A DNA stretch of 63,610 nucleotides, the filler included, from Vannella sp. (lineage: Eukaryota), in NCBI GenBank assembly GCA_023345925.1. It is 8 parts of 8 records of this genome, joined end to end, with 100 filler letters (N's around TTAATTAATTAA, not from the genome) between each part and the next. Parts side by side here need not be neighbours in the genome. Positions count along the whole stretch, not along the records: positions 8,280 to 26,322 come from JAJQQN010000815.1; 7 more parts are not named here. One strand, 5' to 3'. How positions within the stretch are numbered: the first letter of the stretch is position 1; each line of letters starts with the position of its first letter. Shown piece by piece: positions 12,513-25,881 of this stretch. Under the pieces are notes generated by a model. The model was not told the origin of the DNA and made no database searches. It was given only the letters and a program-made list of their open reading frames with translations. The position numbers were made by a program, and so were the translations under genes.

Positions 12513-14074
12513 ATGAGGGCATGCTTGTTGTCTGGTCGAAGAACCTTTTGTACTCCCTCTGCGATCCGAAGTCCTCCTGATCTGCGTAAGCCGCTGAAGG
12601 AGATAGGATACCAAGCGATCCATATTGATATCGACGCTCCTTTGCCCCAACCGAAGATCTCCACGTTGGAGAACGGGCTTCGCGTGGTTTCCCTCGATTG
12701 GCACTCGCAAGGGGCAGGTGTTGGACTCAGCATTAGCACTGGATCTCGCTATGAGGTGGAGGGAGAGACTGGCGCTGCCATGTACTGCGAGAAGATGGGC
12801 TTCAAGAGCGGAAAGAACTTTCCCCTTTCCGAGAAGCTGCTGCAGTGCGAGTCCCGTGGAGTGAACATCACCTCTCAACAGACACGAGAGCAAATCCTCT
12901 TTGAAGTAGAAGGACTGCGCGAGGACCTGCCCGTGGTTCTGGAGCTCCTCACCGACTCTGTTGTGCATCCAACGTTTGACGATGGCGAGTTTGAGGAGCA
13001 GCGGGAGCTTATCCAACACATCGTCTCCAATAACTTGGATAACCCGGAGCTCTGGCCTCAGGAGGTAAGTCTTCTAATGCGAAGATCAAGTTGCACGCTC
13101 TCACCGTGGCGTAGATGTGCTATACTGCTGCATATGGCGCAGGAACACCGCTAGGAAGGGACAATATGGACCTACAGACGCTCTATGGGGTTCAGAAGGA
13201 GACTGTTCAGCAGTTCATGGCCAAATGGTACCGCCCAGCTCGAATGGTTGTCGGAGGACTTGGTCTTGATCATGACCGCCTTGTGGAGCAATGTCATAAG
13301 CTCTACGGACACTTGGAGAAAGACTTGGAGCCAGTGAACACTACCAGCGACCTAACAACACCGTATTACAGCCCACCACCGAACAGTCCCTATGTAGGAG
13401 GGTCGCTCATTTTAGAGGACGACAGAGCCAGCAAGATTGGCAAAGAGCTTCCTGGGAACTTCCAATGCTTCTCTGCAGTCTTTGTGGGCTTCAGCGGGCC
13501 ATCGCTGTTCTGTGGTCGGGGCTATTACATCGCCTCGATTCTCGCCACGCTTTTGGGCTCTGGGTCTACCTTTAGCTCTGGCGGGCCTGGGAAAGGGATG
13601 TATAGTCGTATCTATCGCAACATCTTATGTAACGGATACGTCCAACACGGTCAAAACATCTATTCAGCCCACTCTGACGGAGGAATCTTTGGATTGCTCC
13701 TCACTGGAGACCCGCGCTATCTTTCGAACTTGCAAGAACTTGCTGTTGTGGGGCTTTTAGATCTCCGGGATATCACAGATGAGGAGTTTGAGAGGGCCAA
13801 GAACCAGCTGATGTCTGCGGTTTGCACTAACTTGGAGAGTACTTATCCCACTCTGGATGATCTCCTGCGTCAAGTACCTGGCTACAACGCCCGTTACGAT
13901 TATGATTATCACGTTGAGGTTATCCGCAGCATTGGGAAAGATGAAGCTCTCGCTTTGGTGGACACGATGCTGAGGACTCCTCCATCTGTCATCACTTACG
14001 GCTCCCCCAACGCCCGCCAAGTTCCTTACGAAGCAATGCAACAATACGTGACTGCACAGATGACCTCTAAATAA
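12513..14074 (+). CDS. PMPCA: Mitochondrial processing peptidase alpha subunit; intron 13065-13114
   Basis: M16 N-terminus (STLENGLRVVS, GSRYE), Gly-rich loop FSSGGPGKGMYSR, no HxxEH motif, presequence present. Confidence 0.92.
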
Positions 14075-14208
14075 ACGGTCGTCAGAGATCCGCCCGTCAA
14101 CAGCTTCCGCTACCATCCCTGGCTTTCACCTTCAACAGCCAAGTCTTCTGACTCAACCGGATGAACTTGAAATAGGTCCTCAACTTCACTTAAGGGGGAA
14201 CAGTCTGG

Positions 14209-15874
14209 ATGGAGTGGGTGGCGGGCTTGCTCATCATCTCGTCGGTGCTGGCGATCCTGTATGAAGTAGTGCGCGTCTGGAGGCGATATCAAGATGCTCA
14301 AAAGCTGGCGGAGACGTATGGCATTCCGTATGAGAAGCAGTTCCTCCCTTTCGATGCGATCGTTCTCCTCTTCTTGCCCAACTTCCTCGCTTCCTTCTTC
14401 TGGCCCCGGAACCTTCTCTTCTCTGACACGATGATTGGTTTCTTCAAGAAGCACGACAGTAACCTCATCGGGCTGGTGAGCTACACAGGACTGAACGTCT
14501 TTGTCAAGTGAGCGGCTTCTTCCGTCCTCCGTCTCCCTCTAACATCGCTGCAGCGATCCTGATTTGATGAAAGAAGCTTGTATCAAGAGGAGGAAGTCTA
14601 TCGAGAAGCCAGCTCACTTCTTCATCTACACGCTCGTGAACTACTTTGGGGAGAACATTGTGACTGCTCCTGACGGTCCTATCTGGCGCAAACACAGGTG
14701 AGTGGGGGGGCCGTGAAAGAAGGGTAAATGACTCACATGATGGCTCCAGACAAGCAGCGAATCCCGCCTTTGGGGACGAGAACTGCTCGTTGCTGGCCAA
14801 GTCAACCATCAAGCATCTTCAGAACATGTTCGCCAAGTGGGACAGTGGCAATGGGGATGTTCTCTTCCTTGATGATGTTGCCAAACTTGCCCTTTGTGTG
14901 ATCAGTGAAGCAGGTTTCGGTCAAACATTCAACCTTTTCTCTGAGAGCGCGGAGAAGGTTCCTGAAGAGTATCTTGCAGCGGGCATCCGATTGACATTCC
15001 CAGAGGTGATGGAAATAGTGACCTCGCACCTTCTCCCAAGGCTTTTGCTGCCCAATTGGGTCTTCCGAGTGATGCCGTCAAAGTATCTGCGCCGTATAGC
15101 TCAAGGATTTGATGACTTTGAGAAGTACGCTGATCATATTATCAAACAGAGGGACTCTGCTGATGTACATGAGAAGAAAGACCTCTTGAGCATGCTCCTG
15201 CGGGACAAGTCTCTTACTGATGGCGATGTTTTATCAGATACCTTTATCTTTCTTGTTGCTGGTCATGAGACCACCTCTTATGCTCTCAGCTTCTCCCTGG
15301 CATTGCTTGCTAATCACCAAGACATTCAAGAGGAGGTTTACGAAGAAGCTCACAGAGTTCTCGGAAACATGAATGATTCAGATGATTATCTCTCGGTGAT
15401 TGAGAAGCTACCGTTTACCCGCGCTGTGTTTGAAGAGACCTTACGCATGTATCCATCGGTTTTTAGTGTTCCGAAATGGACTGTCGAAGAGACTGTCCTT
15501 GGGGAGTATACCATTCCAACGCATGTAAGCTACTTGGGCTAGTCAATACGTGGATCCTGACTTTTATCTAGACGGAAATAGGATTAGCTGTGTATTGCAT
15601 GCATCGGGATGAGAGAGTTTGGGAGAACCCCTCAGTTTTTGATCCAAAGCGCTTTCTCTCCCCGATTAAGGATAACAGTTTCATTCCTTTCTCTTTGGGT
15701 GCTCGTTCTTGTGTAGGAAAGAGATTCGCTATGATTGAGGCAACCCTTGTTATTGCCATGATCTGTCTCAACTTCAAAGTGCATCCCAAGAAATGCTACT
15801 TAGACAAACTGACCTCTGCCCTCACCCTTCAACCTGTCACTCCCATCGAAATAACGGTGGTGCGTCGGAATTAA
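14209..15874 (+). CDS. Cytochrome P450 (three introns)
   Basis: N-terminal TM anchor, AGHETT, EETLR, FDPKRF and heme motif FSLGARSCVG. Confidence 0.95.
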
Positions 15875-16025
15875 GCACCCAACACCCGCCATTTCACTCT
15901 AAACTGCAACTTTCATACCAAATCCCTTTACAGGGAAATATGAGAACGCTGCAAGCGTTTCGCCCAAACTCTCTGTATATCACAGTAGGTGAGCATCAGT
16001 GATGGCCTTGGATTTGTCGATCATA

Positions 16026-17553
16026 TTAGTTTGTTGGGGGAGGTTGGGAGAAAGCCAACTTTCCGTCCACAATGTCGCATCCGATTCCTGCGGAAGAAAG
16101 TTCTTCTGGAACCTCCGTAACCTTCTTTGCTTCGAGGGATTGGATAAACTGTTGGTTGGCTTCGTTCCCTTCGCAAAGATTTCGTATCGCCAAAACGGAC
16201 CATTCTCGAATGACTAAAATGAAATCAGGAGGGGCCAAAGCCAAGAAAGGGCGTTTGGACCAACTTACATTCGTTGGAAGGATCAATCTTGCATTGGTTC
16301 AGAATGAGTTCTAATCCATGGAGGCTTTTGACTTGCTCCTGGGTCGGAAGGTGGCGATAACTGAAGTTCCCAACAATTCGGACGAGCAGAACTTTGATTC
16401 CACGTACTCCCATAGTCAGTTGCTCAGTGTGTCCACCCTGTGACGCATCCTGGAGCATCATCAAGCAGATTGGGATGATGTTTGCAGTGCAGAGAGCCTC
16501 TCTAGTATGCTCTGCAGCATGAATACATTCGCTAACGTCACCCAAAATCTCCAACAGCGTTAAGAGACTCTCTGCTAGAATCTCATCTTGATTTCCGCTC
16601 TGCATTTCCCGGTAAATCCTTGTTACTAGAGCAATCAAGAATAGACAGGACGGCACGGAAAGAAAACAAGTTCCCAAGTCCAGAGGTCGCTTCCGCTCTT
16701 TCCGGACAATCTCTGCAGCTAAACGCAATAGTGCTAATTGAGTGTCTGATATACTGATTCTGGCGCCTTCGAGCGATTCATCGCTATTGGCACAGAGGAC
16801 AAGAAACTCCAAATGACCTTTCTCCAAGAGACTTTGGTGCAAGTAGACACTACACATCCCTCCATTTAGTCACAATGTGCTATGAGTATTGAATAGACAT
16901 ACATCCACTCAAAGAGTCTCTGGTTTTGAGTGTTCAAGTGCGAAAAGAGGAGTAACAGCAAAGATTGGCCTTCTTTTGAGCACAAATGAGCGCTTCCGTC
17001 GGTTAGTTAATCCCAAAAGAAGTTGGACAATCACGTTCTCACATCCTTTCGCAATGATTCACTGTCATCATGTGTATCCAAGCGAAGAATAGCCCAATGG
17101 CATCCTCATTTGCTCCCAAATCATTGTGAATCCTCTCCAGAGTATCAGGAAATACGAAAGACCAAGCTAAGGTCTGTGTTCTATCATTTCCAGACACAAA
17201 ATTGCACAAGAACTGCAGTAACACTTCTGTTTGCGGGGAGGATGAGTCTTGGGTAGAAGAACTTCTTCTGGACACGCACGGACGAAGCTGTGATCATTGG
17301 ATGAGAATAGTGAACCATCTTGGGCATTCAAGAGGCTTTCTATCGCCACAAACTCGCCTGCAATCAGGTCCTGAAGGGTAGACCCCAAAGAGCAAACGTT
17401 CCGCAAGACCAAGAGATCCTTCCGCAGCGATTCCCTCGCTTCCCCAGAGCCTCTCAATACCTCTTCCTTCCATTCAGGGCTTTGCATGCCTTGCTGAGCG
17501 TGGCTGATCACCAAAGAGACGCCGTCCTGATCCAAGTCCCTCCAACAATCCAT
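16026..17553 (-). CDS. ATXN10: Ataxin-10 homologue (four introns)
   Basis: C-terminal LVRIVGNFSYRH...LILNQCKID..NE|FIREWSVLAIRNLCEGNEANQQFI motif. Confidence 0.85.
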
Positions 17554-17648
17554 CAAAAATATGAGAAAAATAAAGAAATACAATATAAGAGCAACTGGCT
17601 GACCTGAAGGGCCTCTGTGTGGCCAGAGAGTCGGGGAAAGGAGAAAGT

Positions 17649-20600
17649 TTATCCAAAAATGTCATCAAATGGGTCGGCGGCCTTGGGCTTGGCGGGAGAC
17701 TTTTGAGGAGCGCCCCAATCAGCGAAAGGGTCGGCCTTGGGCTTGGCTGGGGAGGCTGACTTGGTGGGGCCACCGAAGGGGTCGAAAGCAAATGTCTTTT
17801 TGGGAGACGCGCCGAAGATGTCGTCCATGCCAGATGAACTCTTCTTGCTGGGAGAAGCGAAAATGTCGTCAAATAAGTCGTCTGGCTTGGTAGGAGTCTC
17901 ATTTACTTCCTTAGGAAGTCGAGAAGCTCTTGAGGCTGCTTCAGCTTCCTTGGTGAGCTGTTTTTCTCTTTCTGCAGCTTCCATTTCAATTTTCTTTGCT
18001 TCTGCACGCCTGAGATTCTCCTCAGCGGCGTCACGTTCCCATTGCCTCTGTTTTTCTTCTTCCTGTTCTCGAAGCTGTTGCGCCACTTGCTGTCGCTCGG
18101 CAGCTTGTTCCTCCTGCTTTTTCTGGAGCTGTTCCTGTTTGATTTCTTTGCTAGATTTACCTGGCGTGGAATAATGGCGGACGGGAGCCGGAGCTTCTGT
18201 GAAGATAGTCTCTTTGGTACCTAGAATTCGGCTTTCAAACTCTTGTTGCTTCTGCTCTTGGCGAGCAAAACGGAAGTTCACATCTTCAGCTTCTGATTTT
18301 AACCGCTCATCTACTGTGGGCTGTTCATCTTCTTCTGGTGAGCCCAGGACCCCGACTTCTTCTGGTTGGATGTTGAGAGGGTTAGGAGTCTCAAGAATCC
18401 CACTTGTGAATGAGCTGTTGTCCCAGTCTGATCCTCCATTGGCATCGGTACTCATTGCATACTCCGAGTCCATCTCATTGTCTGAAACAACAAGGCTGGA
18501 GAGGTGTTGTAACTTGGACGATCTTTCATCGACCTCGGACAAGTCCCTGGAGTCAATTGTCGTCTCACTTTGATCATCAGCCTCTTCTCCAGCACCAACA
18601 GACTGATCAAGGAGTCGTTCGTTCTGGTCCAATGATTCAGAAGATAGGGATTCGAAGGTGGCTTCCAGTGATTCAAATGGCAAGTCTCCACGGTCCTCGA
18701 GATCCTGAGAATCTGGAGCCTCAGCGGGAGCTTCAAAATCGATGGAATCGTCCAATGGAAGACTCTGAGAGTCCCATGAGAGGAAATCGCCAGGTGCACC
18801 TTGATTGGCAGGAACTTCTTCATAGTGGAAACTGTCCTGTTCCTTGTCTTCGCTTTCGCTGATCGACTCTTCTTCTTCTTCCAATTCGCCTGAAAGTCTC
18901 AGCTGTTGCTCGAGGGCCGCATCTTCTGGTTGGAGAGAGGCTTCTTCGGTAGTTGGAAAGAGCTCTCCATCTTTCTGTTCTTGGCTCTCCTCACCTTCTT
19001 CCTCTTGGATGGGAGACAAATCATCTTCAACAAAGTCCTCTTCCTCCTTCAGAGGTTGAGAAAGAGAGTCTGCCTCAGCCAACTCTTGCTGTTCATCTTC
19101 ATCCATTAATCGATCAAACTCGGCGTCTTCTTCCTGAACGACTGCGTCACTGGAAGGGATGAATTCTTCGTCTTCTTCCTCTTCTTCCTCCTCTTGTGCT
19201 TGGAACACGTCGGACGGTTGTTCTACGGGGACAGCTGAAGTGAGTTCGAAGTTGTCAGTTTGCTGATGGGAAAGCTGCTCTTCTTCGGCTTGCTCTGCTT
19301 GTTCATCTTCATCCATTTGTTCTTCAAAGAGTTCGTCTTCCACTTGGATTGCCTTTTCATCCTCGGGAACATACTCTTCGTCCTCTCCTTCTTCTTCTTC
19401 CTCTTGGCTGATTAGAGAGGATAAATGGCTCACGGATTGGCTAACTGAATGTGGTTCTGATAAATCTGTTATCTTTTCCTCGAGCCCCTCGATCTCATGG
19501 GAATCTCTTTGCAAGGGCTCTTCAGCCTGTTCTTCCAACTCATCCTGGTCCATTTCCTGGTCGAATTGAGCGTCCTCTTGTTGGGTAATCTCATCGCTCT
19601 CTGGAATGTACTCTTCATCCTCCTCCTCTTCTTCCTCCTCCGGGATCAAAGAGACCACTGGGCTATCTGGTATATCTGTTAGATTGCTTGGCTCGACTGC
19701 TGGAATGTCATCAGGTGGAGAAAGTGCATCCGTTTGGTGTAAGGACTCTCCCTCGATCTGTTCTTCCAATTCCTCTCTCAGTGCCTCCAGTTCGTCTGCC
19801 TTGGCTTGCTCTTCCAACTCATCTTGGTCCATTTCCTGGTCGAATTGAGCGTCCTCCTGCTGGAGAGCCTTCTCATCATCAGGAATATACTCTCCGTCTT
19901 CTTCTTCCTCCTCCTCAGGGATCAGAGAGGTTTCTGGATCATTTGCTTTGTCTATTGAAGTGGAAGTCTCGACTGCTTCATCTGCATCAGGTGGAGAAAG
20001 TGCATCATCCTCTTGCTCCAGAACCGTTGCTTCTAGCTCCCTCAGCGTTTCCAGTTCATCTGTCTCAGCCTGCTCTTCCAACTCATCTTGGTCCATTTCC
20101 TGGTCGAATTGAGCGTCTTCCTGCTGGAGAGCCTTCTCGTCATCAGGAATATACTCTTCGTCCTCTTCTTCTTCCTCCTCCTCAGGGTTCAGAGAGGTTT
20201 CTGGGTCATTTGCTTTCTCTATTGAACTGAGAGTCTCGGCTGCTTCATCTGCATCAGGTGGAGAAAGTGCATCACCCTCTTGCTGCAAAACCGTTTCTTC
20301 AAGCTCCTTCAGTGCTTCCAGTTCGTCCGTCTCAGCCTGCTCCTCCAACTCATCTTGGTCCATTTCTTGGTCATACTGAGCGTCTTCTTGAAGAGCCTTC
20401 TCATCATCCGGAACATACTCTTCGTCCTCGTCTTCTTCTTCCGCTACTGAATGGTACAGAGAAGTTAATGGGCTTTCTACTGTATCTTTCAGTTCATTGA
20501 AAGTCTCAGCTCCAGCTAAACCTTCACCTCCTTCATGTAGTAAAGGCTCTTCTAACTCCCTCTTCAGCTCCACAAGCTCCTGTTGCAAAGAACCTTCTTC

Positions 20601-22041
20601 TTCAGCCAGCTCTTCCAATTCATGTTGGCCCATTTGCTGCTCGAACAGGACTTCTTGTTGCTGAAGAGCATTCCCACCCTCAGGGACATTACTTTCGGTC
20701 CCTTCCTCCTCTTGGCTGGCCAGAGCAACTTCTTCTTGAACAGGATCCAAATCCTCGTCTGCTCGCTCATATTCCTCCATTTGCTGCTCCAATTTGTCGT
20801 CTTCTTGTTGAACAATTTCTGCATCAACAGGGACAAACTCTTCGTCCTCTTCTTCTTCCTCCTCCTGAGGAATCACAAAAAGATCTTTCTCTTCTTGAGC
20901 TGGCAGGACTAAGCTTTCAGGCTCCGATTTGCAGTTAAACGGGGCATTTTGGTCGTGTCTGCTCTTGAGTTCCACTTCATCCGCAGCTAGAGAAGTAAAG
21001 AGCATTGGAGCTGGTCCTTCAGGGTCCTTTGCTTCTCTCTTTGTCTCCTCCACAGCAGCAATGGAGTTCGGGTTTGTATCCAGTTGGGGCTCGTTTATCC
21101 CCTCACGCAGGACCTCAGGGCTCTCTTCATAAGCTACAGAAACAGAGGGAGGTATGAAGATGGCCTTTGTAGAGGGTTTGACCTTTGCTGGGACCTTAAC
21201 GAGACGGAAATCAGCTGCCACGTCTGGAAGGAAGTCTGCAAGTGCGTCAGAGACCTCCTTTGTCTTCTTATCTCGTTTAAGCATCTCGTCCACGTCAGAG
21301 AACAAGTCTCCTGGAGCGGGAACCGCGGCAGGAGAGATAGAGCGCTGAACAGAGCGCCCTGAGCTACTCTTGCCCAGTATCGTGAGCTCTGTGGAGACCT
21401 TCTGAGTCAGTGCCAACGTCCTACGACTAAAGGAAGATGTTTCCACCGTTGAAGGAGACTGTGCTTGCCTGTAGAAGGCAGCAGCAAAGTACTCCTTCTC
21501 CTCCTGCGTCATAGAGTCCAGTACAGTGAACACGTGATGAACAGACAGCAGCGTCTCATTAGGAATGAACGTCTTGGGAGAGTAGCGGTAGTGTAGACGA
21601 TCAGAGGGATTCAGAACCACCGCTTCGTCAAGAACACTGACAAGGAACACTTGCACTCGCCCGCCAGTCTTGCTACGAGTAAGAGGAGGAACCAAACAAC
21701 TAAGCTTCACTCCTGAGGCCTGAATCAAACCGTGTAAGTCGACTCTGCTGCTCTCAAACAGGGCAAAAGCTTACAGTGTTGGAGGCTTGTAGGAAGACAG
21801 CAGCCTGCGCCCCGAACTTGGCTTTGACACGAGAAGGATCGATGTTCTCTCCTAGTAGAGTCACTCGCTGCGCGACATCCAACGGCCCTGCGTTGGGGTC
21901 GATCTCCAGAAGTCTGACGCGAGTCGAGCCGGGCGCCTTCGTTACCACCTTCCTCTCAGCTCCTGCTGTCACCTTCTTCTGTGCTGGTGGTGCTGACTTG
22001 CTTGCTGAAGCACCTCCTACGGCTGGTGAGCGCGCACTCAT
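17649..22041 (-). CDS. About 1440-aa protein: N-terminal IPT/TIG-like domain, long Glu/Asp-rich repeats, coiled coil and C-terminal DPF/DDxF motifs; intron 21774-21720
   Basis: LLEIDPNAGPLDVAQRVTLLGENI...LSCLVPP is IPT-like; 1359-aa open ORF; tail FDPFG, ADPFADW, ADPFDDIFG. Confidence 0.8.
19520..20420 (-). repeat. Coding tandem repeat, about 264-279 nt period, about 4 copies
   Basis: CCAACTCATC(T/C)TGGTCCATTTC(C/T)TGGTC recurs near 19535, 19814, 20078 and 20345; encodes EDAQ(F/Y)DQEMDQDELEEQAE. Confidence 0.85.
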
Positions 22042-22095
22042 CAGCCGGCAGAGAAAGAATGAAAATTTGGTCATTTGGGACTTTGCCACTCGCTG

Positions 22096-23580
22096 ATGGG
22101 GTACAAGGAGGAGCACGAAGCCTTTGTTAGTGGCTTAACAGGAAGCAGTGTGTGGATGGTAGTCTATGTAGGACTTCACATGACGCTCTCCAACATCGTA
22201 CGAAGCGCTGTGGAGGAACAATTGGCGCGAGGCGCTGGTTTGGCGGTTCAGATCTCCCTGGACGTTGCCTTACTGATTGCTCCTACTCTTCTTCTCCTTT
22301 GCTATCCAGAGACCTTGGCTCTCTATGTAGGAGGCGCGTTCCTCGTGTACTCTCTGATTTCCCTCTCCACCAAGTCCGTTGCGTCTCCATCACCTCTGAA
22401 GGAGGGCCAGGCGACCCAGCTACACTTCCTTACGTCCTATCGTTCAGGGTTGTTGATGCTGACATGCCTGGCCATCCTTGCGGTCGACTTTCGGATCTTT
22501 CCCCGGTACTTTGCCAAAACAGAGACTTTCGGGTACTCTCTTGTCCGTCTCTCCCTTTGGAGCGTTGCCGTCACTCATTTGTTTGGTTTAGATGGATGCT
22601 GGTGTAGGCTCCTTTGTGTTCTCTAACGCTGTGGTGTCGAAAGCTGCTCGATTGGGAAAGGACTTTAAAATCACTTCTTACGGGAAACGCGTTCTTTCTG
22701 CTGTTCGAGGTGTCAGTCCACTGCTAGTCTTAGGCTTTGTGCGGTTGTTCTCCACAAAGGCTGCTGATTATCAGGTGAGTTGGAAGTGCTTGAAAGTGTG
22801 CGGGACTGACCGGAAGGAGCGTTCAGGAGCACGTGAGCGAGTACGGAGTGCATTGGAATTTCTTTTTCACTCTGAGCGCTGTTTCTCTAGCAGTGACTCT
22901 CCTTGATCTGTCTGCTTCTCAATGCTTTTGGGGGGCCACTGTCATTCTCGTTAGTGAGTTAAGCTCGTGCGAGGTTTTGGGCTCTCTGACTCTGACTGGC
23001 TTTAGGTTATCAGATAGGATTGCATCTTGGAGTGGAGAATTGGGTGATTCATGCACCCAGAGACGGCTTATTAGCTGCCAACAAGGAAGGTGTATGCAGC
23101 TCAGTGGGTTTCTTGTGTATATGCTTTTACGGCACTTGGGTAGGAAGCCTACTATTCTCTCACCTGAAAGCACCTGTCTCTTCTGTATCAAACAGAACAC
23201 TCCTCATCCAATTAGTGAGTTTGGATGCTTTCTTGTGGATTCTCTGTTTCCTGATGGACGAGTGGATTGAGCCATCTCGTCGAATGGCTAATGCTACGTA
23301 TGTGGTCTTTACTGTGGCATATAACACTCTGTTGGTGATTCTCTTCTGGCAAACCAGTCGAAAGTTTCCGGCACTCTCTTTGCTGAACGCCAGCTTTGGC
23401 CGAAACGGGCTTTTCCTTTTCCTTATCTCCAATCTGATGACAGGTGCTACCAATCTCACCATGCACACTCTCTACGCTTCCGATATCACGGCTTTCGCAG
23501 TTCTCTCCATTTATCTTCTTTCCGTCAGTGCCATCGCCATTTTCCTCCACATCAACCGGATCAATTTAAAATTCTGGTAA
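22096..23580 (+). CDS. PIGW: GPI inositol acyltransferase PIG-W/Gwt1 (three introns)
   Basis: KEEHEAFVSG, ILAVDF..FPRYFAKTETFG.SL|MDAGVG, EYGVHWNFF, NKEG and SRRMAN motifs. Confidence 0.95.
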
Positions 23581-23739
23581 ACGGGATTAGACCAAAAACA
23601 AATGTTGGCAAACTTCCCAATGGTAATAATGGTGTGATTATTGAGTTGGCATCGATCGGTCATCAGAAAGAACCATTTTAATTCAGAATGCCATTAATAC
23701 GACAAGGGCATTTCTTGGCACTTTTGTGGAGGCTTGGAG

Positions 23740-25237
23740 ATGTTCAAGGCGGGACTGGTTCGTGGTGCTCGTTTGGGGGTTTTCACGGTGAGATCGTGCC
23801 TTGCAGGTGATAGGAGTGAGCTCACAAGGGATGGAAAGTCTGTTCGGACGTGTACTTCCAGTCTGTTTGGGAGAACGTTGACTTTCACGCAGAAGCTTGA
23901 GCCGCTTCGTCCCTCCGAGATGGAGACCATCCCAGCATACCGCGTCCTAGATAACGATGGTACAATTCTTCCTGGAGCCCAAGAACCAGACGTACGCATT
24001 CCCACCCTTCACCAACTCTCACTCATCCTCTCTCCAGTGCTCGCAAGAGCTGTGCTTAAAGATGTACGAGCACATGATCAGGATCTCTGTAATGGATAAG
24101 ATCATGTACGATATCCAGCGCCAGGGGCGCATCTCCTTCTACATGACCTGTTCTGGAGAAGAAGCAACGCACACAGGGAGCGCTGTGTCGCTTAAGGACC
24201 AGGATGTCATCTTTGCCCAGTACCGCGAACAGGGCGTGTTGATGTGGCGAGGCTTTAACATGGAGCAGATGATGCACCAGTGCTTGAGCAACGCTCGTGA
24301 TCTGGGAAAGGGTCGCCAGATGCCTGTGCATTACGGGTCTCGGGCTCATAACATCCAAACGATCTCTTCTCCGTTGGCTACTCAGATTCCACAGGCTTCT
24401 GGTGCTGCGTATGCGCAGAAGATGATGGGCGTCCAGGATGTAAGATCCCTGTTCTGTTTGTAGCACCCATGATCTGATCGTACTCTTAGGCTTGCACAGT
24501 GTGCTACTTTGGAGAGGGAGCTGCTAGTGAAGGAGACTTCCATGCTGCATTGAACTTTGCGGCGACTTTGGAGTGTCCCGTCCTCTTTTTCTGGTAGGAT
24601 CGGTCCTTTCTAGGCTTTCTGTGGCATTCTAACTCAGCTCCTAAGCCGTAACAATGGCTTTGCTATCTCTACGCCTGCAAAGGAGCAGTTCAGAGGAGAT
24701 GGCATTGCTAGCCGAGGGATCGGGTACGGCATTGAGACGATCCGGGTGGATGGCAACGACCTCTTTGCTGTTATGCAAGCTACCAAGATGGCAAGGGACA
24801 TCTGTGTGAATGAGGTGCGCCCTGTCCTCTTAGAGACGATGAGTTATCGGGTCGGACACCATTCGACCAGCGACGACAGCTCGCGCTATCGTTCCACAGA
24901 CGAGATTCAAGGCTGGGTAGATCGGAATAATCCTATCACTCGCTTCCGCGGGTATTTGCAGCACAAGAACTGGTGGAATGCCGACAAGGACAAGGAGTTC
25001 CAAAAGAGTGTTCGTGCTGAAGTTCTCTCCGCCCTCAAGAAGGCCGAGGCCCAGAAGAAGCCATCTCTCTCAGAGGTAATGACCTTATTTCCTTCGCTTT
25101 CTGTCCTCACACTGTTCTAGATGTTCACTGATGTATACGATACAATGCCCCAGCACCTCCTAGACCAACAGGAAGAGCTCAAAGAGCATTTGAAAGAGTA
25201 CGGATACAACTACCCTCTCTCTGACTATGCTGAGTGA
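23740..25237 (+). CDS. BCKDHA: Branched-chain 2-oxoacid dehydrogenase E1 alpha (four introns)
   Basis: [35 protein letters not shown] and [12 protein letters not shown] motifs. Confidence 0.96.
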
Positions 25238-25881
25238 ACCCGACCAATGAAACGCCATTCCAATCAAGTTCTTTCAAACTTCCTCTTTGACCAGATCTTA
25301 CGGAGTCATAATCCTTCGAATTGTGCTGGACGAGAGCTCTTTGCCAACGTATTTCGTAAGCAGGCTAGCAGTGCACGAGCTTTAAACTCGAAAGGATCCA
25401 TCAAGAAAGGGAAGTACAGAGACAAACTGAAATGTTGGTTCAACTGAACGCACTGCCCTGCCCTCCCGTGTTTTGCAGGACGTCTGCTTCCTTGAATTGA
25501 CCGGAGGGAATGGGCGTTCTCTTTCTGAAGAGAACGCCCGTCTAATCATTCTTCTTTGCTCTTCACCAGAGAACCTCGAATGACCGATCTATGGGGAACA
25601 AGGAGAGTACGACCAAACGCTTGCTTCTTACGTGAGGAGAGAACTCATCGGTGTTGACCTTCGTGAATTGGCGGCACTCCCAAGCCGCACCTTTCAGAGG
25701 TGGCAATGATAGAAAGAGGGAACACCGACACCACCCTTGTCCTCTTTGCTAGACTCTCTTCAAACAGGTTCTGTCTTTGATCAATGAGTGAGTTCGTTGG
25801 GGAATGGTTCACGCTGTGTATTAAGAAAGGGAAAGAAAGGAAAAGAAAGGAAATGGATTCGGTTGGAAAGCTGGCAGGTGT

